Program-made: the position numbers and the translations under genes
In this document: in pieces, positions 47,968 through 58,835 of the stretch
Numbering within the stretch: position 1 is the stretch's first letter
Layout of the letters: the number at the start of each line of letters is the position of its first letter
The notes under the pieces: generated by a model
What the model saw: only the letters and a program-made list of their open reading frames with translations
The model's database searches: none
What the model was told of the DNA's origin: nothing
IMG/VR virus record: IMGVR_UViG_3300049740_001611
Strand: one strand, 5' to 3'
From: an uncultured virus (IMG/VR IMGVR_UViG_3300049740_001611)
Taxonomy: Duplodnaviria > Heunggongvirae > Uroviricota > Caudoviricetes
DNA: 64,000 nt

Positions 47968-48422
47968 TGGGATGGTATAGCGAAGTAAGTCGCGACATAA
48001 GTAGAATACCTGATGCAATAGCACACTTCGAGCAAGAATTAATCCAAGCTCGTGCAGAATGCAAACTTGTAGGTAATGTTGAAAAGTCTGCGGCTGCTAT
48101 GCCAGGCCTTGTTGAACACCGTTTTAATCAGTTACAAGAAATTGAAGCAATCTTAAACTACTTAAATATCGAACTGCGTAGATTGCGCAGTTCGTTCTTT
48201 AAGAAATATCTCGAAAATTATCAACGAGCTCTGTCAAGCCGTGACGTTGAAAAATACGTAGACGGTGAGGCAGACGTTGTTGACTACGAAAAAATTATCA
48301 ACGAGTTTGCACTTGTACGAAACAAATGGTTAGGTGTTCTTAAAGCACTGGATCAAAAACAATGGCAAATTACTAATGTAGTTAAGCTAAGAGTTGCAGG
48401 CATGGAAGATGCCTCAATATAG
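47967..48422 (+). CDS. uvsY: Recombination mediator
   Basis: Helical 151 aa; KYVDGEADV and LDQKQWQITNVVKLRVAG; located after uvsX. Confidence 0.75.
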   Translation: MGWYSEVSRDISRIPDAIAHFEQELIQARAECKLVGNVEKSAAAMPGLVEHRFNQLQEIEAILNYLNIELRRLRSSFFKKYLENYQRALSSRDVEKYVDGEADVVDYEKIINEFALVRNKWLGVLKALDQKQWQITNVVKLRVAGMEDASI

Positions 48423-49041
48423 TATATTAATTGCATGTGATCAAAAATATTATAACGACTGGGCAGAAAATTTACTTAAAAGTATACACTACCACTGCCC
48501 TAAGTTAACACTCCGCTGTCACGTAGTAAATCATAATAAACTAATACAACTTCCTTATGTAAAGTATACACTTGAAACTAAAACTTTTAAAAATGACGAA
48601 TCAAGGATTGCATATTTACAAGCTGTAAGATTTTTGTGCGCATCAAAAATACCAATAGAAGAACAATTTATTACACTTGATGCAGACACTATATGTGCAA
48701 GGCCGTTTAGTATAGATGAATTTGCATCTATATTCTCACATCAACATGTACTAAAACATCATAAGGCAGACAGATGGTTAGCCGGATTAGTTGCGTTTAA
48801 GAGTGACGACTTTAGGAATGTATATGCTAGTAGATTACTAGAAGAACCTGTTGATGATTGGCTGTGGGGCCGAGACCAAGATATATTATGTAGTCTAGCA
48901 GATAAGTACAACTATACGCCAATTGATAATAAATGGATAAGGATAGCAAAGCCCAAACCTGACACTGTATTTTTAACTCTCAAAGGTGAACAAAAAGTTA
49001 CAGAAAAGTATTTGGTGCCATTTAAGGGATTCATAAAATGA
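48409..49041 (+). CDS. Putative GT-A glycosyltransferase (210 aa)
   Basis: ILIACD start, VRF, DxD motif in TLDADT, WGRDQDIL. Confidence 0.6.
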   Translation: MPQYSILIACDQKYYNDWAENLLKSIHYHCPKLTLRCHVVNHNKLIQLPYVKYTLETKTFKNDESRIAYLQAVRFLCASKIPIEEQFITLDADTICARPFSIDEFASIFSHQHVLKHHKADRWLAGLVAFKSDDFRNVYASRLLEEPVDDWLWGRDQDILCSLADKYNYTPIDNKWIRIAKPKPDTVFLTLKGEQKVTEKYLVPFKGFIK

Positions 49042-49661
49042 AAGAAGTATTTAATTATTGGATGCCTGACAGTGATATCCATTTTAGTAGATTAATTCAA
49101 AAGCAAGTAAACAATGGCGGATTGCCACAATATCAAAATGATGTTAGAGATGAAGCATACAAATATGTTGTAGACTTTAACCTAGCAATTGATGTTGGAG
49201 CAAACGTAGGTTTATGGGCAAAGCCTTTAACAGAAAAATTTAATAGTGTAATTGCATTTGAGCCTATGAATCAAGTACTCGAATGTTTAAAACTTAACGT
49301 AAAAGGTTTACCTGTTACAATACACGAACATGCATTAGGTAACGTTAATAGTAATATAGAAATGCAATTCAATCAAGTAAATACCGGAGCGAGTCATGTT
49401 TCTAACATAGGCACAGGACCAATAGAAATTAAAAAATTAGACGACTTAAACCTATCTAAATTTGGATTACTAAAAGTTGATTGTGAACGCCACGACATGC
49501 AAGTGTTACAGGGTGCTGAAAAAACTATTATGAAATACAAACCTGTAATTGTAGTTGAGCAACATCCTGATACTGAATACTGTGCTGGCGAATACCTAAA
49601 GTCATTAGGTGCTATTGAAATGTCAAACGTTAGAAAAGATTATATATTTGCATGGAATTAG
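49038..49661 (+). CDS. FkbM-family SAM methyltransferase
   Basis: AIDVGANVGLW, AFEP, ALG, LLKVDCE, VLQGAEKTIMKYKPVIVVE. Confidence 0.88.
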   Translation: MKEVFNYWMPDSDIHFSRLIQKQVNNGGLPQYQNDVRDEAYKYVVDFNLAIDVGANVGLWAKPLTEKFNSVIAFEPMNQVLECLKLNVKGLPVTIHEHALGNVNSNIEMQFNQVNTGASHVSNIGTGPIEIKKLDDLNLSKFGLLKVDCERHDMQVLQGAEKTIMKYKPVIVVEQHPDTEYCAGEYLKSLGAIEMSNVRKDYIFAWN

Positions 49662-50551
49662 TAATTGGCATTGAAGAAATGTATAGGAATCATCCTATAC
49701 CAAATCTTCCTAATTTTAAAATAGTCCCATGGGCAGATCAAGATACAATACAATCTGCAGATGTTTATATACAAAATAATATTTTAGGACAAAAGCGTAA
49801 AAAACTTAATCAATATTATCAATTTATATTAGACAGTAACAAACCATTTTTAGTTGTTGAAAGTGCTGTGTTTAGACGCAACATGATACAACCTCCAAAT
49901 CCTATGTCCTATCATAGGTATAGTTGGACAAGTTATTATCAAGACGATGGCAACTATTGTAATGCTAATAGTCCTTCAGATCGCTGGCTACGTATACAAA
50001 AAGAACAATCAATAGAAATAAAAGATTGGCGCACAACTGGCGATTATATATTATTAGTATTACAACGTCCTGGCGACAGTAGTTTAAAAAAACTTATAGA
50101 CAAACATGGATCGTATCAACAGTTTATAAAATATACTATACAAGAAATTAAAAAGTATACAGATAGGCCAATACGTGTACGTATGCATCCTTTACGTCAA
50201 GATAGGCAACTAGAAGCTCTAAAAGATTTTGATGTAGACATTAGTAAAAATACACACGGTGCAGCATTGTTAGAAGGCGGAGATGGGCTGTATGCTGACT
50301 TTGGTAATGCTTGGGCAGTAGTAGGATTCAACTCAAATGCACTGACAGAAAGTATATGTGAAGGTATACCAACTTTTAGTATGTGTGCTAGTTCAATGGC
50401 ATGGGACTGTAGCAACAAGGATTTAAAAGATTTAGAAAATCCTATAATGTTTGATCGCAATCAATGGCTTTATAATTTAGGATATTGCCAGTGGCGAGAA
50501 GATGAAATAGCTAGAGGTGATCCGTGGTTTCATTTATCAAAACACACATAA
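49652..50551 (+). CDS. KpsS/KpsC-like (capsule-synthesis family) glycosyltransferase 1
   Basis: LQRPGDSS, RPIRVRMHP, VVGFNSNALTESICEGIPTF. Confidence 0.65.
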   Translation: MELVIGIEEMYRNHPIPNLPNFKIVPWADQDTIQSADVYIQNNILGQKRKKLNQYYQFILDSNKPFLVVESAVFRRNMIQPPNPMSYHRYSWTSYYQDDGNYCNANSPSDRWLRIQKEQSIEIKDWRTTGDYILLVLQRPGDSSLKKLIDKHGSYQQFIKYTIQEIKKYTDRPIRVRMHPLRQDRQLEALKDFDVDISKNTHGAALLEGGDGLYADFGNAWAVVGFNSNALTESICEGIPTFSMCASSMAWDCSNKDLKDLENPIMFDRNQWLYNLGYCQWREDEIARGDPWFHLSKHT

Positions 50552-50572
50552 ACTGCGTACATAAATATCTAC

Positions 50573-51349
50573 ATGAGCAATGTTGTATTAGTAACAGGCG
50601 GCTTTGATCCCTTACACTCAGGGCACATAGCCTATTTTAAAGAAGCAAAAAAATTAGGTACAAAGTTAATTGTTGGAGTGAATTCAGACGATTGGCTAAC
50701 ACGCAAGAAAGGTAGACCGTTTATGCCTTTTGAAGAACGTGCTGCTATCATTAAAGAACTTAGTGTTGTAGACAAAGTTATAGGATTTGATGATAGCGAT
50801 GATAGCGCATGCCAAGCAATTTTTCAAACACTAAGCACACACAGTAGTGGAACAAAACTTATTTTTGCTAACGGCGGCGATAGAACTAACACAACTACGC
50901 CTGAGTATGCAACATACGGTAACATGCCTTATGTAGATTTTGCGTTTGGCATCGGCGGTGAGAACAAAGCCAATAGTAGCAGTTGGATACTTGACGAATG
51001 GAAAACACAAAAGACAGAACGTGACTGGGGTTACTGGCGTGTGTTAGATCATAAACCTGAAAAAGGTTATAAAGTAAAAGAACTTGTAATTTATCCTGGC
51101 AAAAGTTTAAGTGATCAAAAACATTTTAAACGTTCTGAACAATGGATGATATTAGAAGGTGTTGTAGATATGAAAACTGAATGGAAATCTACAACTAGCA
51201 CAGTATTATTAGAACCGCACAGATTGCCTTATGAAATTGGCAAAGAAGTTTGGCACAAGCCAAGTAACCCCGGAACAGAAAACGCACACATACTAGAAAT
51301 ACAATGGGGTAGTGAGTGCATTGAAGAAGATATCGAAAGAAGAGACTAA
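50573..51349 (+). CDS. Cytidylyltransferase-like (HIGH) domain fused to a mannose-6-phosphate-isomerase-type cupin
   Basis: TGGFDPLHSGH, GVNSD, FANGGDR, NSSS; then TERDWGYWRVL, SLSDQKHFKRSEQW, LEIQWG, EEDIER. Confidence 0.8.
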   Translation: MSNVVLVTGGFDPLHSGHIAYFKEAKKLGTKLIVGVNSDDWLTRKKGRPFMPFEERAAIIKELSVVDKVIGFDDSDDSACQAIFQTLSTHSSGTKLIFANGGDRTNTTTPEYATYGNMPYVDFAFGIGGENKANSSSWILDEWKTQKTERDWGYWRVLDHKPEKGYKVKELVIYPGKSLSDQKHFKRSEQWMILEGVVDMKTEWKSTTSTVLLEPHRLPYEIGKEVWHKPSNPGTENAHILEIQWGSECIEEDIERRD

Positions 51350-53034
51350 TGCAACCACTAAAAATTTTTGTAGGATACGACACGAGAGAGGATATTGCAT
51401 TTCAAGTATGTAAACAAAGTATTCTCGATACTGTTAGTGTACCTGTAGAAATTATTCCACTTAATCAACGAGTGTTAAGAAAAGAAAAACTATACAAACG
51501 TCCAGTAGACCCGTTAGCAAGTACTGAATTTACATTTACACGTTTCCTAGTTCCACACCTAACAGAGTACAACGGCTGGGCATTATTCATTGATTGCGAC
51601 TTCGTAGCCCTCACTGATATTAAAGAACTATTTGATCAAGCAGACGATCAGTATGCAGTAATGTGTGCGCACCATGATTATACTCCTAAGGAAGGTATAA
51701 AAATGGACGGGCAGAAGCAAACTGTATACCCACGTAAAAATTGGAGTTCGTGTGTATTGTTTAATTGTTCACATATATCTAATGCTAAATTAAACTTAGG
51801 GTTAATTAATAATCTAGATACTACAGGAGCCTACTTACATAGATTTAGCTGGTTAACAGACAATCAAATTGGAGAAATTTCACACGAATGGAATTGGTTA
51901 GTTGGCTGGTATAAAGAGCCAAAAGATGGCAAGCCTAAAATGCTACATTATACAGAAGGTGGTCCTTGGTTTGAACAATATCAAGACTGTGAATATGCAA
52001 ATGAATATTATAAAGTTGAACGCAAATATCAACAGCAACTTATAGACGACTACAAAGATACAGTAACATATCCAACACAGCTAACACTTAGCGATTCAAA
52101 AAAAAAATTAGTTGATGATTTATTAAAAACTTTAGTTGATCCCACTGGTCAATTTTATAATGTAAAGGCAGACAACGTAATTAGAGAGATAGACGATATG
52201 GTTAGAAATAAAAAGAAAAGCGGTTACAAAGTAGTAGCAATACATCCGGAAGATGTAAACATAGACAAAAAGCATTTATCATACGATCGTTTATTAGAAG
52301 CATTTTGTAGCGGTACTCACGGACGCCTTGGCGATTTTGATCAAGAATTAGATACCTCAATTCCGTTAGTTATTAGAGGGCTGGGTGGCAACAGTCAACG
52401 AGCAATTAATCATTGTTGGGATACTGGAAGAGACTTTTACGCAATAGACACTGGATACTTTGGCAATGAAAGAAGTAAAGCAAAAATTTGGCATAGAATA
52501 ACTAAAAATAATTTACAGCAACTTGAAATAATTGATCGTCCTACAGATAGATTACGTAGACATGCATGGAAGTATAGAAAATTTAAGCCAGGAAGTAAAA
52601 TTCTTATTTGTCCTCCTAGTGATAAAGTAATGAAAATATTTGGACAACCTGTAGCAGAAGAGTGGACAAAGAATGTATTAGCTGAACTAAAAAAATATAC
52701 AGATAGACCAATTGAAATAAGAATGAAGCCTATTAGATCAGAACGGATATCAACAGATACTATTGAAGATGCATTATCAGATGATGTACATTGTTTGATA
52801 ACCTACAACAGTATTGCCGCAGTAGAAGCATTAGTAAATGGCAAGCCAGCTATTACACTAGGTCCTAATGCTGCATCAAGTTTAGCCGGCAATGACTTGT
52901 CACAGGTAGAAAAACTTCCTGTACATGACAAAGATACTATGACGGCTTTTATGGCACATTTGTCATATTGCCAATTTACACATCAAGAGATGCTAGACGG
53001 AACAGCCTGGCGCATGATAAATGGTGATGATTGA
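51349..53034 (+). CDS. Fusion of a GT8-like GT-A domain and KpsS-like domain 2
   Basis: N-terminal FVGYDTRE, STEFTFTRF, DCD, YPRKNWSS, WNWL, HYTEGGPW; C-terminal IDTGYF, RPIEIRMKP, ITYNSIAAVEALVNGKP. Confidence 0.75.
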   Translation: MQPLKIFVGYDTREDIAFQVCKQSILDTVSVPVEIIPLNQRVLRKEKLYKRPVDPLASTEFTFTRFLVPHLTEYNGWALFIDCDFVALTDIKELFDQADDQYAVMCAHHDYTPKEGIKMDGQKQTVYPRKNWSSCVLFNCSHISNAKLNLGLINNLDTTGAYLHRFSWLTDNQIGEISHEWNWLVGWYKEPKDGKPKMLHYTEGGPWFEQYQDCEYANEYYKVERKYQQQLIDDYKDTVTYPTQLTLSDSKKKLVDDLLKTLVDPTGQFYNVKADNVIREIDDMVRNKKKSGYKVVAIHPEDVNIDKKHLSYDRLLEAFCSGTHGRLGDFDQELDTSIPLVIRGLGGNSQRAINHCWDTGRDFYAIDTGYFGNERSKAKIWHRITKNNLQQLEIIDRPTDRLRRHAWKYRKFKPGSKILICPPSDKVMKIFGQPVAEEWTKNVLAELKKYTDRPIEIRMKPIRSERISTDTIEDALSDDVHCLITYNSIAAVEALVNGKPAITLGPNAASSLAGNDLSQVEKLPVHDKDTMTAFMAHLSYCQFTHQEMLDGTAWRMINGDD

Positions 53035-53963
53035 TGTTAACTGTTGCTTCTTATCTAAAAGGTATTCCACCTAAAAATAGAAACCCAGAAAAGCCCGAAG
53101 TGTTAATAAACTTTATTAAGGGTGTAAATGCTGTAGGTGATATTGGTAAAGTTGTAGATGAGTGGAAAGTAATTGACAGCGATGTTGCTGTTGTACAAGG
53201 CTTTGTACATCCTGGAAGTAAAAATGTAACACATTTAAATTTAAGAAAGAATGTGTTTGATACACAACAAAAAAATAATAAACGTAGTATTATAATTGAT
53301 TCTAATTTGTTTTTATATGCTGATCCGGGAAATACTAAAAAATATTTAAGATATAGTTATGATGGAATTTTTCCTACTACAGGCGAATATTGTAATTCGC
53401 AACCTACTCTTAATCGTTGGGAGCAAATTAGTAAAGATCTTAATTTGTCATTAAAGCCGTGGAGTACTAATAAAGAAACTATTTTAATTTGTTGTCAACG
53501 TGATGGCGGCTGGAGTATGGACGGACAACAACTTATGCCATGGCTTGTAAAAACAATAATGGAAATTAAAAAACATTCAGATAGAAAAATAGTAGTTAGA
53601 TTTCATCCAGGCGACCGTCATTCATCTAATCATAGAGCCTCCTTACTCAAATATAAATTACAAAATGTTTTTGTTACAACTAATGAATCAATTCTTACTG
53701 ATTTTGAAATGGCACATGTTGTAGTAAATTATAATTCAAGTCCAGCTGTTGCAGCAGCAATTGAAGGCGTACCAGTATTTGTATTAGATCCAGAAAGAAG
53801 TCAAGCTAAAGATATTGCTAACACAGATATTAGTAAAATAGAAAATCCAATACTATACGATAGAAACGTATGGATACAGAAACTTGCTCAAATGCATTGG
53901 ACATCAAATGAGCTTACAGACGGAACAGCATGGAGGCATCTACGACAATGGGCCAAGAAATAA
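53034..53963 (+). CDS. KpsS/KpsC-like glycosyltransferase 3
   Basis: CQRDGGWS, RKIVVRFHP, VVNYNSSPAVAAAIEGVP. Confidence 0.65.
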   Translation: MLTVASYLKGIPPKNRNPEKPEVLINFIKGVNAVGDIGKVVDEWKVIDSDVAVVQGFVHPGSKNVTHLNLRKNVFDTQQKNNKRSIIIDSNLFLYADPGNTKKYLRYSYDGIFPTTGEYCNSQPTLNRWEQISKDLNLSLKPWSTNKETILICCQRDGGWSMDGQQLMPWLVKTIMEIKKHSDRKIVVRFHPGDRHSSNHRASLLKYKLQNVFVTTNESILTDFEMAHVVVNYNSSPAVAAAIEGVPVFVLDPERSQAKDIANTDISKIENPILYDRNVWIQKLAQMHWTSNELTDGTAWRHLRQWAKK

Positions 53964-54814
53964 TAGTAGTAACAACATTTCATCCGGAAGGTATGGAAGT
54001 ATACGGACAGCGTTTTATTGATAGCTTTGCACAAAATGTTGCCAAAGCAGTAAAATTAGTTGTATATGCAGAAGATTGCAATCCAGTTAATCCAGACCCA
54101 AATCAAATTACTATATTAGATGCAAAAGAAGCATTACCTAAGTTAAATGCATTTAAAGAGCGTTGGAAGGACGATCCGAAAGCAAATGGTATACCGCCTG
54201 CCGATATTAAAGCACGTAGACCAAGAGATTGGCATAAGGAATTTAAATGGCATGCTATTCGTTTTGCAAATAAAACTTATGCTGTGTTTGATGCTTGTGA
54301 AAAAAATTATGGTACTGGTAAATGGGTAGTATGGATGGATGCAGATACGTTTGTACATTCGCCTTGGAGTCTAAAACAGTTTGAAGAGCTACTGCCTTAT
54401 AATAATTGGATAACATATGTTGGTAGAGGCAAAGGGTCACAGACATGGCCAGAATGCGGGTTCTATGGTATTAATATGAATCATCCTGTAGGGTGCAGCT
54501 TTGTTGAAGAATTCGAACGCATGTATGAAGATGCAGACAACGGTATTTTTAAACTTGAAGAGTGGCACGACAGCTATGTGTTTGGAGAACTATTAAACAA
54601 TAAATTTTTAGATTTTAAAGATAAAGCACACGACTATAGTGCAAACATATATAATAAGACTGCAAAAACTGGAGGCGGCGGACATCCGTTAATTAATAGT
54701 GAATTAGGTAAATGGATGGACCATATGAAAGGCGCACGGAAGTTTGACGGTAAGTCAAAACGTAAAGACCTAATGACCGATAGAACAGAATCGTATTGGC
54801 AAACAGTAAAATGA
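53948..54814 (+). CDS. Putative GT-A glycosyltransferase
   Basis: VVTTF start, RFANKTYA, DxD motif in WMDADT, ECGF, EWHDSYVF, DHMKG. Confidence 0.65.
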   Translation: MGQEIIVVTTFHPEGMEVYGQRFIDSFAQNVAKAVKLVVYAEDCNPVNPDPNQITILDAKEALPKLNAFKERWKDDPKANGIPPADIKARRPRDWHKEFKWHAIRFANKTYAVFDACEKNYGTGKWVVWMDADTFVHSPWSLKQFEELLPYNNWITYVGRGKGSQTWPECGFYGINMNHPVGCSFVEEFERMYEDADNGIFKLEEWHDSYVFGELLNNKFLDFKDKAHDYSANIYNKTAKTGGGGHPLINSELGKWMDHMKGARKFDGKSKRKDLMTDRTESYWQTVK

Positions 54815-55689
54815 TTTTTTGTTTATATACAGATTATGGGGCATTAAATTCCAAGCCTGTATTTGAAGCGTTTGCAAAAAGTATAACCGATGCAGGGCAT
54901 ACCGTAATATATAACGAACCATACAGAGTAATGGATCATTATAGTAATTATGATGTTGCAGTCATATGGAGTGTTTTGTGGAACGGACGTATGACACGCA
55001 ATAAACAAGTGTGGGAGCAAAACCGCAAACTAAATCGACCAGTTATTGTTTTAGAAGTAGGTGGCATTGAACGCGGAACAACATGGAAGGTAGGATTAAA
55101 TGGAATCAACAGAGATGCTTACTTTGGTGACAAAGACAATGATAGGACTAGGGCTGATAGCTTGGGACTGGTTTGTAAGCCTTGGAGATCCAACGGCGAT
55201 TTTATTCTAGTATGCGGACAGCACGATAAAAGTTTACAGTGGCAAAACATGCCACGTATGAGTAATTGGTTCTTAAATACATACGATGAAATACGTAAAT
55301 ACACACAGCGTCCGATTGTATTTCGGCCACATCCTCGTTGTAGACTAGAACACATAGAACGTGGACTTAAAAATGTACACAGACAGGAACCACACCATGT
55401 TAACGGCACCTATGACGATTTTGATATGGGGTTTAGTAACGTGTGGGCTACTGTCAGTTACAGCTCAAATCCAGGGACACACTCTTGTATCAATGGTGTT
55501 CCTGCTTTTGTTAGCACCCATAGTCTTGCTTATGATGTTGGTAATGACATAGACTTTCTTTACGATATAGAAGATCCTCTAATGCCAGATAGGCAACAAT
55601 GGCTCAATGACTACGCACATACTGAATACACAATTGAAGAAATATCTCAAGGTACCCCACTTAAATACTTGACATCTATGCTATTATAA
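54811..55689 (+). CDS. KpsS/KpsC-like glycosyltransferase 4
   Basis: LEVG, GQHDKS, RPIVFRPHP, VSYSSNPGTHSCINGVP. Confidence 0.65.
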   Translation: MIFCLYTDYGALNSKPVFEAFAKSITDAGHTVIYNEPYRVMDHYSNYDVAVIWSVLWNGRMTRNKQVWEQNRKLNRPVIVLEVGGIERGTTWKVGLNGINRDAYFGDKDNDRTRADSLGLVCKPWRSNGDFILVCGQHDKSLQWQNMPRMSNWFLNTYDEIRKYTQRPIVFRPHPRCRLEHIERGLKNVHRQEPHHVNGTYDDFDMGFSNVWATVSYSSNPGTHSCINGVPAFVSTHSLAYDVGNDIDFLYDIEDPLMPDRQQWLNDYAHTEYTIEEISQGTPLKYLTSMLL

Positions 55690-55697
55690 GTTATAAT
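55669..55697 (+). promoter_or_regulatory. Consensus sigma70-type promoter
   Basis: TTGACA (55669-55674), 17-bp spacer, TATAAT (55692-55697); ATG follows 6 nt later. Confidence 0.85.
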
Positions 55698-55703
55698 AGT
55701 AAT

Positions 55704-56873
55704 ATGATAAACGTAACTACTATTGAAGATTTACTCGAATGCTCTGCTAATCTGCGGAAGGCACCTCCTATAAAACTCGATGTTTCTGACATGACTATTA
55801 TGCATAGTATTGCTAGACAAGTGTTTAAAGGTACAGCACTAACTGATAGACAACTTGCATTGATGCAAGAAAAGTTAACGCATTATAAAGATCAGTTTAT
55901 AAATTTAGAAATTGATTTTGATTTTGCTATTGATCAGTTGCGTCAACCATTGCGACACATTGATCGTAGCAAATATATTAAGATTGTAGAAGATTGGATT
56001 GTAGTTAGATTTCCATTTAGAAAAACAGAAATAGTGTTAGTTCAAGAAGCTGCAACTAGAGCAGGTGACGGATATCATCATCAAAAAGGTTCTCACAAAC
56101 ATTCTTTTGAATTTACTGAATGTAATGTAATAAATTTGTTAGATCGATTTACTAACAAAGAATTTGTAATTGACGAGGAACTATTAGAAGTATACAAGGA
56201 CATTAAGAATATACAGTTATCACCCCAAGATCATGTGCCCGGTATATTTGATGAATCGGCTACTAATATTAATGTTAGCAATAAATTAAAAACTATTATT
56301 GATGAAGAAATTAACAACGATCCTATAAAATTAATTGACAGAAAATTTAGATATGGACTAACTGACTTTGTAAAACGTGACGCTAACTCCTTAACACAAG
56401 ATATTGCATATAGAAAAGATATCTATGTACATTGTCGTCCAGCCGACGTAAGACTAAATGAGTTGTTAACCAGTTTATTTGATCTTGATAGATTTCCGAT
56501 GCTTGTAATTTTAGATAAAGAACAAGCAGAAGATCAACTACATTCTATGATTACATATTATAGAGATATTATCGATCCACAAGAACAAAGTGTTTTATTT
56601 AGACTAGAAGATAACAATGCAGGATTTAATCAATTAATTAAAGATAGAAAATTAAATAATTGGGTTGACAAATCAACAAAAATAGTGTATATTAGTAAAG
56701 ATAAGTTACCCAAATTATTAGTAAGCGGAGAGTGGAAACCGCAAACTGCGTTTGCTTTTAGCAGTAGTCTACATCGTATAATTAATACGTATATAGGCTT
56801 TAACTGTGATTTAGTTGTTTGGAGAGAAGATAGTATATCACCGTTTAGGGAGTATTCAAAGTTATATGGCTAG
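55704..56873 (+). CDS. Hypothetical protein (389 aa)
   Basis: Long ORF with its own promoter; overlaps the uvsW start; no family recognised. Confidence 0.65.
   Translation: MINVTTIEDLLECSANLRKAPPIKLDVSDMTIMHSIARQVFKGTALTDRQLALMQEKLTHYKDQFINLEIDFDFAIDQLRQPLRHIDRSKYIKIVEDWIVVRFPFRKTEIVLVQEAATRAGDGYHHQKGSHKHSFEFTECNVINLLDRFTNKEFVIDEELLEVYKDIKNIQLSPQDHVPGIFDESATNINVSNKLKTIIDEEINNDPIKLIDRKFRYGLTDFVKRDANSLTQDIAYRKDIYVHCRPADVRLNELLTSLFDLDRFPMLVILDKEQAEDQLHSMITYYRDIIDPQEQSVLFRLEDNNAGFNQLIKDRKLNNWVDKSTKIVYISKDKLPKLLVSGEWKPQTAFAFSSSLHRIINTYIGFNCDLVVWREDSISPFREYSKLYG
56665..56693 (+). promoter_or_regulatory. Internal sigma70-type promoter upstream of uvsW
   Basis: TTGACA (56665-56670), 17-bp spacer, TATATT (56688-56693). 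Confidence 0.55.
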
Positions 56874-58329
56874 TTGTAAATTAATAATTGAAGATGAAGT
56901 AAACATCAAAATAGAAGGACTAGAAATTGACGTACGAAGGAAGCTCGCGAACGCTCTCAAGTTTGAAGTGCCTTACGCAAAGTACATGCCACAATATAAA
57001 CTTGGTCGATGGGATGGAAAGGTTGCTTTTTTTGGTATTGGCGGCACTGGCTATGTCAATCATCTTGACGTTGTTAGTCAAGTGTTACAAAAAAATAATG
57101 TTGAAATAGTAGATATTGAAGATCGACGTCATCCAATTAAATTAGAATTTCAACCAGTAACAGAACGCTATTGGGCAGACCAAGGTGTTGTGTGGCCGGA
57201 AGGACACCCTGCAGAAGGTGAAGAAATTATTCTGCGAGATTACCAAGTTGATGCAATCAACAACTTTATTTCTAATCCACAGAGTCTACAGCAAATTGCT
57301 ACAGGCGCAGGCAAGACGATTACAACTGCTACGTTATCACACATCAGTGAACCTTACGGGCGTAGCCTTGTAATTGTGCCTAATAAGTCCTTAGTTGAGC
57401 AAACAGAGGAAGACTATATTAACTGTGGATTGGACGTAGGGGTGTACTTCGGCGACAGGAAACAATTAGGTAAGACTCACACTATTTGCACTTGGCAGAG
57501 TTTAAATATTCTCGACAAGAAGCACAAGGACGGCAGCGCAGTGTTATCACTTGCTGAGTTCCTAGAAGGTGTGAGCACGATCATTGTCGACGAAGTACAC
57601 CAAGCCAAAGCAGAAGTACTCAAGAATCTTCTCACTCGCAACCTACGCAACGCTCCAATACGCTGGGGACTAACCGGCACTGTTCCTAAAGAAAAGTTTG
57701 AGTTTGAAAGTATTCATGCTAGTCTAGGTCCTGTGATTGGGCAGATTAGTGCCAAGGAGTTACAAGATAAAGGAGTATTATCCAAATGTCATGTTAACGT
57801 AGTACAATTAATCGATACCGTAGCACATACTGGTTATCAAGAAGAATTAAAATATCTTGTTACAAATAAAGACAGAATTGAATACATAGGCAAGCTATTA
57901 AACACAGTAAAAGAATCAGGCAACACACTTATATTAGTAGACAGAATCTCCGCAGGAGAAATGTTAGCAGAACTAATACCCAATAGTACTTTCATTAGTG
58001 GAAGTGTTAAAGTAAAAGACCGTAAGGAAACATATGATACAATTAGAGAAGGTACCAATGAAGTCATTATCGCAACATATGGAGTTGCGGCAGTAGGACT
58101 TAATATACCTAGAATTTTTAATCTTGTACTTATTGAACCTGGAAAGTCTTTTGTTCGGGTAATCCAATCTATTGGTAGAGGCGTAAGAAAGGCAAAAGAC
58201 AAAGACTTCGTACAAATATGGGATCTTACATCAACATGTAAGTTCGCGAAGCGACATCTGACCCAACGTAAGAAATTTTACAAAGAAGCAGAGTACCCAT
58301 TTACAATAGAAAAAGTGGAATGGAATTAA
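56866..58329 (+). CDS. uvsW: Superfamily 2 DNA helicase
   Basis: WDGK, LRDYQ, ATGAGKT, VDEVH, GLTGT, GLNIP, QSIGRGVR. Start taken at ATG 56866 (MASCKL). Confidence 0.9.
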   Translation: MASCKLIIEDEVNIKIEGLEIDVRRKLANALKFEVPYAKYMPQYKLGRWDGKVAFFGIGGTGYVNHLDVVSQVLQKNNVEIVDIEDRRHPIKLEFQPVTERYWADQGVVWPEGHPAEGEEIILRDYQVDAINNFISNPQSLQQIATGAGKTITTATLSHISEPYGRSLVIVPNKSLVEQTEEDYINCGLDVGVYFGDRKQLGKTHTICTWQSLNILDKKHKDGSAVLSLAEFLEGVSTIIVDEVHQAKAEVLKNLLTRNLRNAPIRWGLTGTVPKEKFEFESIHASLGPVIGQISAKELQDKGVLSKCHVNVVQLIDTVAHTGYQEELKYLVTNKDRIEYIGKLLNTVKESGNTLILVDRISAGEMLAELIPNSTFISGSVKVKDRKETYDTIREGTNEVIIATYGVAAVGLNIPRIFNLVLIEPGKSFVRVIQSIGRGVRKAKDKDFVQIWDLTSTCKFAKRHLTQRKKFYKEAEYPFTIEKVEWN

Positions 58330-58835
58330 TGAAAATATTAACCTTAGAAAACCAATGCTTCAATTTAGACGAACTACCAGATACAATAGAAGACGATGTA
58401 CGCTTTAGTGTACTTGATAACAGTGATCCAAAAAACCCTGATTTCTTTTTTGTGCCTTTAATCTTTTTAGAATCGTTTAGTTCTCCGGCAATGGTATTAG
58501 AAATTGGCGGCAAAGAAATTACAATGCCAGTTGATTGGAGTATTGCTGTAGGCTGTTCAGAAAGCGGCAATGATCTAGAAATACTACCCTTAACAAGTAT
58601 TAATGATAGAGGATTTGAAGCATTCATATTTAATCCGTTATCAAGTTTTAAACCTAACTTTGCAGATATTAATATTGTAAATTTTTATACAGATGTAAAA
58701 TGGTATTTTCCAAAATTAAAAAATGGACAATTACTAAGTGTACCAATAGGAGACGGACATAAACCTGATTGTGCATTTTTTGTAAAAGATATTAGCAGAC
58801 AATGCGAAGTTATAGAATACAGTCTATTGATGTAA
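58329..58835 (+). CDS. Hypothetical beta-rich protein (168 aa)
   Basis: Translationally coupled (TAATG) to uvsW. Confidence 0.6.
   Translation: MKILTLENQCFNLDELPDTIEDDVRFSVLDNSDPKNPDFFFVPLIFLESFSSPAMVLEIGGKEITMPVDWSIAVGCSESGNDLEILPLTSINDRGFEAFIFNPLSSFKPNFADINIVNFYTDVKWYFPKLKNGQLLSVPIGDGHKPDCAFFVKDISRQCEVIEYSLLM

Noticed and set aside
25370..56865. Track start positions 25420, 28232, 30792, 47692, 48394, 53930, 54796 and 56815
   Set aside because: They create long overlaps or run through promoters; downstream ATGs with coupling, an SD or promoter spacing fit better.
41290..58329. Inteins or introns in the terminase, UvsX or UvsW genes
   Set aside because: Lengths are ordinary, the motifs are contiguous, and no C...HN splice junctions or LAGLIDADG motifs were seen.
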